Source: an uncultured bacterium (lineage in GTDB: Bacteria; Krumholzibacteriota; Krumholzibacteriia; Krumholzibacteriales; CAZTHK01). From it: 64,000 nucleotides of DNA. Where the stretch lies: assembly GCA_964613215.1 (NCBI GenBank), contig CAZTHK010000001.1, positions 99,486 through 163,485 of the forward strand. The letters run 5' to 3'. The notes beneath the pieces were generated by a model. It saw only the letters and a program-made list of their open reading frames with translations, searched no databases and was not told the DNA's origin. Shown here piece after piece: positions 55,566-64,000 of this stretch (position 1 is its first letter; every line of letters starts with the position of its first letter). The position numbers and the translations under genes were made by a program.

Positions 55566-57644
55566 ATGATAGTTATGGCCAAAAAGAATCCTTACATGAA
55601 AAACCCGGACACTGATTTCGAAAGTGTCAACAAGCTGTCAAAGAAAGAAGCCGGGGAGCAGGCGGAGAAGCTCAGGGAGGCAATAAACTTTCATGATTTC
55701 AGATATTATGTCAGGAATGACCCGGTAATATCAGATGCGGCGTACGACCGGCTGTTCCACCGGCTGGAGGAAATAGAAGAGGCCTACCCGGACCTGAGAA
55801 CATCCGATTCATCCACCCGGAGGGTAGGGGCTGAGCCGGTAAGTTCGCTCAAGAAGGTGGATCACACCAGAGCCATGCTGAGCCTGAAGTCGTCCCTGGA
55901 GGAGGAGAGGATTGAGGAGTTTCATGATTTTGTAAAACGACGAACCGGACGGGGAAGGGTCAGTTATATCCTGGAGCCGAAATTCGACGGGCTGTCGGTA
56001 GAACTGCTGTACCGGGAGGGGCGGTTCGACTATGGTGCCACCAGGGGCAACGGGGAGACCGGTGAAGATATTTCGGAGAATCTTAAGACCATAGGCACCG
56101 TACCGATGAGGCTGCAGGAGCAGAACGGGGAAGTTCCTTCCCTGCTGGCGGTGAGGGGCGAAGTGATGATGTCCCGGCAAGGGTTTCAGAAGCTGAACAA
56201 GAGCCGGGTGGAGGAGGGCAAAGACCCCTTTGCCAACCCCCGAAATGCAGCGGCGGGGATAATGAGACAGCTGGACTCAAGGGAAGTGGCAGGGAAACCT
56301 CTGGAAGTTTTCTACTACGATATTCTGGAAATTGAAGGGAACGGCTTTCAGACCCACCAGGAGATTCTTGAAACTTTGCCCGGCTGGGGCTTCCGGGTAA
56401 CCGGACTTTACCGGAAGGCCGGCTCGATAAAGGATATTCGAAAATACCGGGAATACCTGACAGATAAGAGAGAGAAGCTGGATTTCGAGATAGACGGAGT
56501 GGTTATCAAACTGGATGATCTGGAACTGCGTGAGAAGCTGGGAGTGAGGGAGAGGAGTCCGCGGTGGGCCATGGCCTGGAAATTTCCGCCCCAAAAGGAG
56601 GTGACCAATCTCAGGGATATTGTGGTCTCGGTGGGCCGTACCGGCATTCTGACCCCGGTGGCCCTGCTGGATCCCGTGGAGGTGGGAGGTGTTACGGTCA
56701 GCCGTGCCACCCTGCACAATGCCGGTGAAGTTGAGAAGAAGGATGTCCGGCCGGGTGACAGGGTGAGGGTTATTAGGGCGGGGGATGTAATACCGGAAAT
56801 CAGGAAGAGGGTCAAGCAGCCGGGAAAGAAGAGAGCGGAACCCTTCTCCATGCCCTCTCATTGTCCGGTTTGCGGCGCCGGTGTGGTCAGGGAGGGTGCC
56901 TATCATATCTGCCCGGCCGGTTTATCCTGCAGGGCGCAACTGGTGGGGCGGCTGCAGCACTATGCCTCCCGTAACGCCATGAACATAGAGACCCTGGGTG
57001 AAAAGGTGGCCCGGCAGCTGGTAGACAGAAAGATGGTTTCCAATCTTCCCGATCTGTACAGACTGGAGATGGAAGATCTGGAGCAACTGGAGGGATTTGC
57101 AGAAAAATCTGCAAAGAAACTTTACCGTAATATACAGGGCAGTAAGAATCCGGAATTGGACCGGTTCCTCTATGCCCTGGGGATACGCCACGTGGGCGAG
57201 CATATGGCCAGGGTGCTGGCCCGAAAATTCGGCACTCTGGATAATATCAGGGATGCAGGAATGGGGGAGCTGAGGGAATCCAGAGAGATAGGCCCCGAGA
57301 TAGCCGAGTCGGTGCACCATTTCTTTCAGCAGGATGAAAACAGGAAGAGCCTCAAAGATTTCCGGGAGGCAGGGGTAAAGGTATCCGGAATGAAAAAAAG
57401 GAAGGGAGACCTGCCCCTGGAGGGGAAGACCTTTGTATTCACAGGGGAGCTGGATCAGTTTACCCGGGATGAGGCCAGGGAACGGGTGGAATCGCTGGGG
57501 GGAAGGGCAACTTCCAGTGTAAGTTCCCGCACCGATTATGTGGTAGCAGGTGAAGATCCGGGAAACAAGCTTGACCGGGCAAAGGAGGAAGATGTGCAAA
57601 TTCTGGATGAAGAAGGGTTTAAGTCCATAATCGGTGAACAGTGA
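55566..57644 (+). CDS. ligA: NAD-dependent DNA ligase
   Basis: Adenylation motif EPKFDGLSVEL, Zn finger CPVCGA…C, HhH and a C-terminal BRCT domain. Confidence 0.95.
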   Translation: MIVMAKKNPYMKNPDTDFESVNKLSKKEAGEQAEKLREAINFHDFRYYVRNDPVISDAAYDRLFHRLEEIEEAYPDLRTSDSSTRRVGAEPVSSLKKVDHTRAMLSLKSSLEEERIEEFHDFVKRRTGRGRVSYILEPKFDGLSVELLYREGRFDYGATRGNGETGEDISENLKTIGTVPMRLQEQNGEVPSLLAVRGEVMMSRQGFQKLNKSRVEEGKDPFANPRNAAAGIMRQLDSREVAGKPLEVFYYDILEIEGNGFQTHQEILETLPGWGFRVTGLYRKAGSIKDIRKYREYLTDKREKLDFEIDGVVIKLDDLELREKLGVRERSPRWAMAWKFPPQKEVTNLRDIVVSVGRTGILTPVALLDPVEVGGVTVSRATLHNAGEVEKKDVRPGDRVRVIRAGDVIPEIRKRVKQPGKKRAEPFSMPSHCPVCGAGVVREGAYHICPAGLSCRAQLVGRLQHYASRNAMNIETLGEKVARQLVDRKMVSNLPDLYRLEMEDLEQLEGFAEKSAKKLYRNIQGSKNPELDRFLYALGIRHVGEHMARVLARKFGTLDNIRDAGMGELRESREIGPEIAESVHHFFQQDENRKSLKDFREAGVKVSGMKKRKGDLPLEGKTFVFTGELDQFTRDEARERVESLGGRATSSVSSRTDYVVAGEDPGNKLDRAKEEDVQILDEEGFKSIIGEQ

Positions 57645-57771
57645 TTTTTATAATAGGCCGGGCTGTAATCGTGCACGCCGGGAAGGATGATTTTGCCACC
57701 CAGACCGCCGGTGCCGCAGGGCCCAGGGTGGCAGCGGGGATTATAGGAATAGCCAAACAGGAGTATCAGCA

Positions 57772-58731
57772 GTGATGGAGATAAACGAGATATTCGAAAG
57801 TACTACCCGTCCGGAGGGTGAACTGTTCTACCGCAGTGATGATCCCTCCGACTCCAGGCTGGGAGGTTTTGTCCGGACATCCAGGGAGGATTTCGATCAG
57901 GCCGGTTTTGTGATCCTGGGATCTCCCCAGGATATCGGGGTGGTCCGTAACGGAGGATGCCCCGGAGCATCCCGCGGACCGTGGGCCATCAGGAGGATGT
58001 TATACCGGTTGCCGGTACCACCGGAGGCCCGGAGGGGAGGAATTTTTGATCTGGGCGATGTATGCCTGGAAGAGACCCTGGAGGAGATTCACCGCATCCA
58101 GGAGGAAATTCTTCTTGCCCTTCTCCGGTCTGGAAAGAAATGCATCATCCTGGGTGGCGGTAACGATATATCCTTTCCGGATGGAGCAGCTCTCTCCAGA
58201 GCGGTAGAGAAGCCCCTGATAATAAACATAGACAGCCATTATGATGTACGCGCTGACGATGTCAGAAACAGCGGGACTCCCTACCGCTAGCTTCTGGATG
58301 GCGGCTATATATCTCCTTCCCGGTTTTATGAAATGGCAGTTAAACCCCTGGTGAATTCTCCGGAATATCAGAAATACGTGGAAGAACGGGGTATTCATGT
58401 ACGGACTTTACAATCATTGAGAGAGGGAGGAATCAAGGAGCTTTTTGAGCGTATAATCCTGGATAATCCCGACGCCCAGACATTCTTCTGGGGTTTTGAT
58501 ATGGATGCAGTAAAGGCCACCGATGCCCCCGGAGTAAGCGCACCCAATCCATCCGGGCTGATAGCCGGTGAAGCATTGATGGTGGCTTCCATTGCCGGAA
58601 GGTATAAACGTTCCACTGTGCTGGAGGTGACCGAGGTGAATCCAGCTCTGGATATCGATCACCGTACCGCCCGGCTGGCTGCCATGATAATACAGATGTT
58701 CCTTAACAATATTAACCAATGGAAGGAGTAG
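57772..58731 (+). pseudogene. Arginase/agmatinase/formiminoglutamase-family ureohydrolase gene interrupted by an in-frame TAG at 58288-58290
   Basis: ORFs 57772..58290 and 58333..58731 are in the same frame. Translation runs …NIDSHYDV…NSGTPYR*LLDGGYISPSRFYEMAVKP…GFDMDAVKATDAPG…, with arginase-fold motifs on both sides of the stop. Confidence 0.6.
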
Positions 58732-58734
58732 ATT

Positions 58735-59160
58735 ATGCAGTTGCAGCGGGAAAAAGCCTTTGCCAGAACCCTGAATCTTACCCCTGACTGGATCGAAGAG
58801 GTTATGAAGGAGATGAACCGGGATGATTTTCACAAGGCATACATAGCTCTGAAGACGGTGCTGCATGCAGTGCGGGACCGGATCAATCCGGATGTAGTTA
58901 TGGATCTGGGCGCTCAACTCCCCATGCTGATCCGGGGATTTTACTTCGAAGGATATAATCTCAGTTATAAACCGGAGAAGATACGCCACCGGGAAGAATT
59001 TCTGGAAAAGCTTCATCAGGGCCGCACCGCTTTGCAGAATGAGGATCCCGAGGCAGTGCTTGGTGCCGTGCTGAAGGTTATCCACAACCGTATCACCACC
59101 GGGGAAATAGAGGATGTGAGAGAAAGTTTTCCCAGGCAGCTGGAATCACTGTGGCCCTGA
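58735..59160 (+). CDS. DUF2267-family protein
   Basis: …YIALKTVLHAVRDRI…LGAQLPMLIRGFYFEGY… matches the DUF2267 pattern. 141 aa. Confidence 0.65.
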   Translation: MQLQREKAFARTLNLTPDWIEEVMKEMNRDDFHKAYIALKTVLHAVRDRINPDVVMDLGAQLPMLIRGFYFEGYNLSYKPEKIRHREEFLEKLHQGRTALQNEDPEAVLGAVLKVIHNRITTGEIEDVRESFPRQLESLWP

Positions 59161-59246
59161 ATAACTCGAAGACCGGAATTTAATATTTTCCTTCAGAGGC
59201 AATTCGAATTAATATGGTATAACACTGAGGGGAAAGGAATATCCTG

Positions 59247-59804
59247 ATGCTGACTCTTGTCTCACGAAAGTGGTGGGCTCTGGTGTTGAGAGGCGCCCTG
59301 GCCATTTTGCTTGGAGTCCTGGCTTTTCTGTGGCCCTCTCATACTTTGAAGGCACTTTTTATGCTGGTAGGGCTGTTTCTGATTCTGGATGGTTTTATAA
59401 CATCGGGTTTGGCACTCTCTCACCGGAAGGGGGTAACCCGGTGGTGGATATTCCTGATTGAAGGTATTGCCGGTCTCCTGGTGGGATTGTTTGCTTTTAT
59501 ATGGCCACAGACAGTTGCAGTGGTGGTGGTTACTCTCCTGGGTATCTGGGCTCTTATCACCGGCGTACTGGAGATACTGGCCGGAGTAAGGTTGAGAGCA
59601 ATGATGGAGGGAGAATGGCTGATGATTTCAGTTGGAATCCTCTCTTTAGCCTTCGGCCTTCTTCTTATTCTGATTCCGGCTTCCGCAGTGGTTGCCCTTC
59701 TGTGGCTGGTTGCCGTATATTTCATACTTTTCGGTATAGTGCTTGTGGTTCTTGGACTTAAGGTCCGGCCACTTTCCCGGAGGTATGGTGAGGATGGATT
59801 ATGA
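59247..59804 (+). CDS. HdeD-family (DUF308) acid-resistance membrane protein
   Basis: Repeated G-rich TM pattern typical of HdeD (…LRGALAILLGVLAFLWP…IEGIAGLLVGLFAFIWP…). Confidence 0.7.
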   Translation: MLTLVSRKWWALVLRGALAILLGVLAFLWPSHTLKALFMLVGLFLILDGFITSGLALSHRKGVTRWWIFLIEGIAGLLVGLFAFIWPQTVAVVVVTLLGIWALITGVLEILAGVRLRAMMEGEWLMISVGILSLAFGLLLILIPASAVVALLWLVAVYFILFGIVLVVLGLKVRPLSRRYGEDGL

Positions 59805-59859
59805 TTGATCCTGCCAGGGAGAACAGGTCATCAGAATTAAAATATCATCCAGCCGATAA

Positions 59860-60672
59860 GTGTGGGGGAGGCGCACCTTGCTGGGTTTCGTAGGTATCGT
59901 AGCACTTATTATACTTCTGGGCCTGTCCCTGGCTATTACACGTCTGGCCACTATAGCCCTGACCATGACCGGGCTGTCGGAAGAAATGGCCCGTTTTCAG
60001 GCCCGTTCCGCCTTTACCGCTACCGGCTTTACCACTGAAGAGAGCGAAAAGATAGTTAATCAGCCGGTGAGGCGGCGGATTATCATGGCCCTGATGGTCA
60101 TTCGGAGTGCCGGACTTCTGACCGTTGTGCTTACCCTTATTCTCTCATTTGTGGGAGATGCCGGAGCGAAGCAGCAGATTATCCGCCTGGGTGTGTTGGG
60201 AGGGGGTGTGGCCCTTCTTTGGGTAGTGGTTAAATCTTCCTGGACCGACCAATTGATGAACCGGCTTATGAGAAGGTTGCTCAACCGCTGGGCGGATATG
60301 GATCTGCGGGATTATGCCGGTTTGCTGAAATTATCTGATGGCTACGCAGTTATGGAGGTTCAACTGCGGGAGGACGATTGGCTGGCAGGCAAGAAGGTAA
60401 AGGAATGCAGTTTGAGACAGGAGGGGGTGAATATACTGGGGGTAATCCGGAGAAATGGCGATTATGTGGGGGTCCCCCAGGCAGATACGAAAGTTTACTC
60501 TGAAGATACCCTGATACTCTATGGCCGGAACGATGCCCTTCAGAAACTGAGCCGGAGAGAGCGGGGAGGCGCCGGCGACCGGGAGCACCGGGAGGCAGTT
60601 TCGGAGGAACAGGGCCGTATGGTTGATCAAAAACGAAAAGAGAAAGAACATGAGGAAAAACGGGAGAGTTGA
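59860..60672 (+). CDS. Membrane protein with C-terminal TrkA-C (RCK_C) domain
   Basis: 2-3 TM helices followed by an RCK_C-like region (…LAGKKVKECSLRQEGVNILGVIRRNGDYVGVPQADTKVYSEDTLILYG…). GTG start. Confidence 0.6.
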   Translation: MWGRRTLLGFVGIVALIILLGLSLAITRLATIALTMTGLSEEMARFQARSAFTATGFTTEESEKIVNQPVRRRIIMALMVIRSAGLLTVVLTLILSFVGDAGAKQQIIRLGVLGGGVALLWVVVKSSWTDQLMNRLMRRLLNRWADMDLRDYAGLLKLSDGYAVMEVQLREDDWLAGKKVKECSLRQEGVNILGVIRRNGDYVGVPQADTKVYSEDTLILYGRNDALQKLSRRERGGAGDREHREAVSEEQGRMVDQKRKEKEHEEKRES

Positions 60673-60817
60673 TTGGGTTGATTTTATGGCCGGGGTTACC
60701 CGGGAGATATAGAAACAGATCATGGGGCAGGGGAGGCAGATAATAAGAGAGGGTAGAATCAAATGACTGCCCGGCGGAAATGTTTGATTTGAAGACTGGT
60801 TTGGACAGGAGGCTGAG

Positions 60818-61339
60818 ATGGAGTTAAAAGATAGAAACATTGCTATTTTTATAGCTGACCTGTATGAAGATCTGGAATTCTGGTATCCCAGGATAAGGAT
60901 GGAGGAGGCAGGAGCGGAGGTTACCGTGATCGGTCCCCGGGCTTCATCATATACCGGCAAGCACGGTCTCCCGGCCAAGGCTGACAGGGGTATTGGTAAA
61001 GTCTATCCGGACGGCTATGATGCCCTGATCATCCCGGGGGGATACTCTCCTGATCATATGCGCCGGTCCAACAAGATGGTATCCTTCGTGCGCGATATGC
61101 ATGCCGGGGGCAGGATTGTTGCGGCCATCTGCCATGCCCCCTGGATGCTGGCGTCTGCAGGGATTCTGCAGGGGAAGAAGCTGACATCATTCTTTTCCAT
61201 AAAGGACGATCTGGTTAACGCCGGGGCTGAGTGGGTGAGCAGAGAAGTGGTCAGGGACGAGAATATTATTACCTCCCGTAATCCCGGTGACCTTCCCGCA
61301 TTCTGCCGCACTATTGTTGATGCCCTGAAGCAGGATTGA
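60818..61339 (+). CDS. DJ-1/PfpI-family protein (class I glutamine amidotransferase-like)
   Basis: Nucleophile elbow …VAAICHAPWML…. 173 aa. Confidence 0.85.
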   Translation: MELKDRNIAIFIADLYEDLEFWYPRIRMEEAGAEVTVIGPRASSYTGKHGLPAKADRGIGKVYPDGYDALIIPGGYSPDHMRRSNKMVSFVRDMHAGGRIVAAICHAPWMLASAGILQGKKLTSFFSIKDDLVNAGAEWVSREVVRDENIITSRNPGDLPAFCRTIVDALKQD

Positions 61340-61372
61340 GGCTGACTGCTTAACAGAAGGAGGATAGTGATT

Positions 61373-63379
61373 ATGCCAGGGGAAAAAGAACAAAATCATA
61401 AACACGGGTGTGGCGAAGAGACCAGCGGTAATAATTCCTCCCATCATGAGATGATGGCCCGGTATTTCAAGACCCGCTTCTGGATATCCCTTATTATGAC
61501 AGTACCGGTACTGCTGCTCTCCCCCATGATCCGGCAGTTTCTGGGTCTTTCCGAAATGCTATCCTTTGCCGGAGACAGCTGGGTGCTGCTGGTGGTGTCC
61601 ACGGTAATCTATTTTTACGGAGGGTACCCTTTCCTCTCCGGTCTGGTGAAGGAGTTGAAGGACAGGGAACCGGGGATGATGACCCTCATCGGCATGGCTG
61701 TAACCACAGCATACATATATAGTGCCGCTGTGGTGATCGGGCTGTCCGGGAGATTATTTTTCTGGGAGCTGGCTACCCTGGTGGATGTAATGCTGCTGGG
61801 ACACTGGGTGGAGATGAAATCAGTAACGGGAGCGTCCCGGGCACTGCAGGAGCTGGTCAGGCTCATGCCCACCAGAGCGCACCGGTTCGGTGGGGAAGGA
61901 GAAATTGAAGAGGTTTCGGTGGACCAATTGAAGCCGGGCGACCGGTTGCTGGTTAAGCCTGGCGAGAAGGTGCCGGCGGATGGTGAAGTAATTGACGGAG
62001 AGACCGAAGTTAATCAGGCTATGGTCACCGGGGAATCGGTGCCGGTTCCCAGGAGCAGGGGAGACCGGGTGATCGGAGGATCCATCAATGGAGATGGTTC
62101 CATCACCGTGGAGGTGCAGAGGACAGGTGAGGATTCTTTTCTTAATAAGGTAGTTGATATGGTTAGAGAGGCTCAGCAGAGCCGTTCCAGAACCCAGGGC
62201 CTGGCTGACCGGGCTGCTTTCTGGCTTACTATTACGGCTATCACTGTCGGTGTGGTTACCCTGCTGATATGGTGGATGGCCGCAGGCCGGCAGTTTGTTT
62301 TCGCTCTTACCCGGTCGGTCACAGTGATGGTAATAACATGTCCCCATGCTCTTGGTCTGGCGATTCCCCTGGTGGTGGCGGTATCCACCGCACTGGGAGC
62401 CAGAAAAGGCCTGCTGATTCGAAACCGTAACCGGTTCGAGGGGGCCAGGAATATTCAGGTGGTGGTATTTGATAAGACCGGTACCCTGACTGCTGGTGAT
62501 TTCGGAGTAGTGGGGGTGGATACATTTCAAAAGGACATGAAAGAAGAAACCCTGCTCAACTATGCCGCTGCGGTAGAATCTCATTCAGAGCATTCCATTG
62601 CCAGGGGTATTGCTGAAGAGGCGGAAGAGAACTGGACGGTATCTGATTTCAGGTCCATTCCGGGAAGGGGGGCCCGGGGCAGAGTGAAGGACCGGGCAGT
62701 AATGGTGGTGAGCCGCGCCTACCTTGAGGAGGAGGGTATGGATATTCCAGGGGAAGAGGGGGGCGGAGATAATATAGGCAAGACCGCTGTTTATGTAGTG
62801 CTGGATGGAAAACCGGCAGGGGTGATACTACTCAGGGATGTTATAAGGGAATCATCCCGGGATGCCGTGAATAGACTCCGAGAGAAGGGTATTCAAGTTA
62901 TGATGCTGACCGGAGACCGGGAGGAGGTGGCCCGGTGGGTAGCCGGAGAGCTGGACCTGGATGATTATTTTGCGGAGGTTCTTCCGGAGGATAAGGAGGA
63001 GGCTATCAGGGCCATCCAGAAGAGGGGTTTGAAGGTAGCCATGTGCGGGGACGGGGTCAACGACGCTCCCGCTCTGGCCCGTGCTGATCTGGGAATTGCC
63101 ATCGGTGCCGGTACCGATGTGGCGGTGGAAACTGCAGATGTGGTCCTGGTCAGGGATGATCCCATGGACGCCGTTTCACTACTGGCTCTTTCCCGGGCAA
63201 CCTACCGGAAGATGATACAGAACCTGATATGGGCTACCGGATATAACGTGGTGGCCATTCCACTGGCGGCCGGGGTGCTGTACAGCTACGGTATTCTGCT
63301 GAGCCCCGCGGTGGGTGCCATACTTATGTCAATGAGTACGGTGATAGTTGCGGTTAATGCAAGAATACTGAAAATCTGA
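61373..63379 (+). CDS. P1B-type heavy-metal translocating ATPase, CopB-like (CPH motif, His-rich N-terminus)
   Basis: TGES, CPH in TM6 (VITCPHALGLAIP), DKTGTLT and GDGVNDAPAL motifs. N-terminus HKHGCGEE…SSHHEMM. RBS GAAGGAGG. Confidence 0.9.
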   Translation: MPGEKEQNHKHGCGEETSGNNSSHHEMMARYFKTRFWISLIMTVPVLLLSPMIRQFLGLSEMLSFAGDSWVLLVVSTVIYFYGGYPFLSGLVKELKDREPGMMTLIGMAVTTAYIYSAAVVIGLSGRLFFWELATLVDVMLLGHWVEMKSVTGASRALQELVRLMPTRAHRFGGEGEIEEVSVDQLKPGDRLLVKPGEKVPADGEVIDGETEVNQAMVTGESVPVPRSRGDRVIGGSINGDGSITVEVQRTGEDSFLNKVVDMVREAQQSRSRTQGLADRAAFWLTITAITVGVVTLLIWWMAAGRQFVFALTRSVTVMVITCPHALGLAIPLVVAVSTALGARKGLLIRNRNRFEGARNIQVVVFDKTGTLTAGDFGVVGVDTFQKDMKEETLLNYAAAVESHSEHSIARGIAEEAEENWTVSDFRSIPGRGARGRVKDRAVMVVSRAYLEEEGMDIPGEEGGGDNIGKTAVYVVLDGKPAGVILLRDVIRESSRDAVNRLREKGIQVMMLTGDREEVARWVAGELDLDDYFAEVLPEDKEEAIRAIQKRGLKVAMCGDGVNDAPALARADLGIAIGAGTDVAVETADVVLVRDDPMDAVSLLALSRATYRKMIQNLIWATGYNVVAIPLAAGVLYSYGILLSPAVGAILMSMSTVIVAVNARILKI

Positions 63380-63396
63380 ATGGGGGGAGTATAGTT

Positions 63397-64000
63397 TTGG
63401 CTGATTCAGGAGATATAAGAGTGGGAACTTCGGGTTGGAACTATAAACACTGGAGGGATAATTTCTATCCCTCCCGGTTACAGCCGGAGGAATGGCTGGA
63501 TTATTATGCCGGGCATCTTTCCACAGTGGAGATAAATAATTCCTTCTATAATCTGCCTTCGCCTGATACCTTCCGGAAGTGGTCCGGTATAGTACCAGAG
63601 TCATTTCTGTTTTCGGTTAAAGCCAGCAGGTATATCACTCATATGAAAAAGCTCAAAGACCCCGCAGAACCTCTGGGCAGGTTTATGGAGGGGGCCAATC
63701 ATCTGGGAGAGCGGAGGGGACCAATTCTCTTCCAGCTTCCTCCCCGCTGGCGGCTCAATCCCGGCCGGCTGAAGGAATTCCTGGAACATCTGCCCGGGAA
63801 TACCCCGGCTGCCTTCGAATTCAGGGACACCACCTGGTGGAATGATGAGGTTTACCGGATACTGGAGGAGTATAACGCCGCCTTCTGTATCTATCATCTG
63901 GCGGGGACTGAGTCTCCCAGGGTGGTCACCTCCGACCTGGTATATATTCGCCTGCACGGGCCGGGGGATGCCTATCAGGGTTTGTATGATAAAAATACCT
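63397..64000 (+). CDS. DUF72 (YecE-like) family protein, 3' end outside the window
   Basis: …RVGTSGWNYKHWRDNFYP… is the DUF72 signature. TTG (63397) or GTG (63421) start. No stop before the window end. Confidence 0.7.
   Translation, partial: MADSGDIRVGTSGWNYKHWRDNFYPSRLQPEEWLDYYAGHLSTVEINNSFYNLPSPDTFRKWSGIVPESFLFSVKASRYITHMKKLKDPAEPLGRFMEGANHLGERRGPILFQLPPRWRLNPGRLKEFLEHLPGNTPAAFEFRDTTWWNDEVYRILEEYNAAFCIYHLAGTESPRVVTSDLVYIRLHGPGDAYQGLYDKNT

Noticed and set aside
57772-58731. Genome-wide reassignment of TAG as a sense codon
   Set aside because: TAG is used as the terminator of the qmoB-like gene (18307-18309) and the C25 peptidase (27105-27107), with properly spaced downstream starts. So the in-frame TAG is a local event (pseudogene, error or readthrough), not a recoding.
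1-64000. CRISPR arrays, integrases/transposases, rRNA
   Set aside because: No short direct-repeat arrays with spacers were seen. No DDE, tyrosine or serine recombinase signatures were found among the ORFs. No rRNA-like conserved stretches are present.

Overview
This 64-kb window is a densely coded stretch, by eye in the mid-to-upper 50s % GC, from what looks like an uncultured Gram-negative bacterium. A T9SS-type or FlgD-Ig-like C-terminal sorting domain on a gingipain-family peptidase points to an FCB-superphylum-like lineage. Working from the start to the end of the window, it holds: (1) A partial ALDH gene, then on the minus strand an RND efflux operon in the order membrane fusion protein (MFP), RND pump, TolC-like outer membrane factor (OMF), followed in the same orientation by an OmpR-type response regulator (RR) and HAMP histidine kinase (HK). 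(2) A SPOR-domain protein and LPS-type GT2, GT4 and DegT glycosylation genes. (3) A compact plus-strand operon: ArsR-family regulator, DsrE-like, TusA, MvhD-like, two HdrA-type flavoproteins (QmoA-like and QmoB-like), a tiny winged-helix protein and a QmoC-like Fe-S/di-heme membrane subunit. This is a Qmo-type menaquinone-interacting complex wired to persulfide-carrier proteins rather than to AprAB, and it is the strongest candidate for an undescribed system. (4) A lower-GC island with strong ribosome-binding sites encoding four signal-peptide proteins. One has a C-terminal dockerin module; three paralogs share an invariant C-terminal tail ...SWGA(I/V)K(S/G)M(Y/F)E. A 1347-aa C25 peptidase with a sorting domain follows immediately. 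(5) Peptidoglycan remodelling genes (an AnmK-like fragment, a SpoIID/LytB-domain protein, and nagZ), tRNA-Asp with a bidirectional terminator, and an RRM RNA-binding protein. (6) A C69 dipeptidase, an MFS gene remnant, an S9 peptidase fused to a Trx-like domain, a Trx lipoprotein, pfk, a RumA-type methyltransferase, a rhomboid-TPR protease, nfi, a beta-CASP RNase and a GNAT. (7) A Ni-superoxide dismutase with an unusually hydrophobic leader next to a frameshifted CPBP protease, a six-BON-repeat protein, pncA, polX and ligA. (8) An arginase-family gene interrupted by an in-frame TAG, then DUF2267, HdeD, a TrkA-C membrane protein, PfpI, a CopB-type P1B-ATPase and a 3'-truncated DUF72 gene. No CRISPR array, rRNA or obvious transposase was seen.
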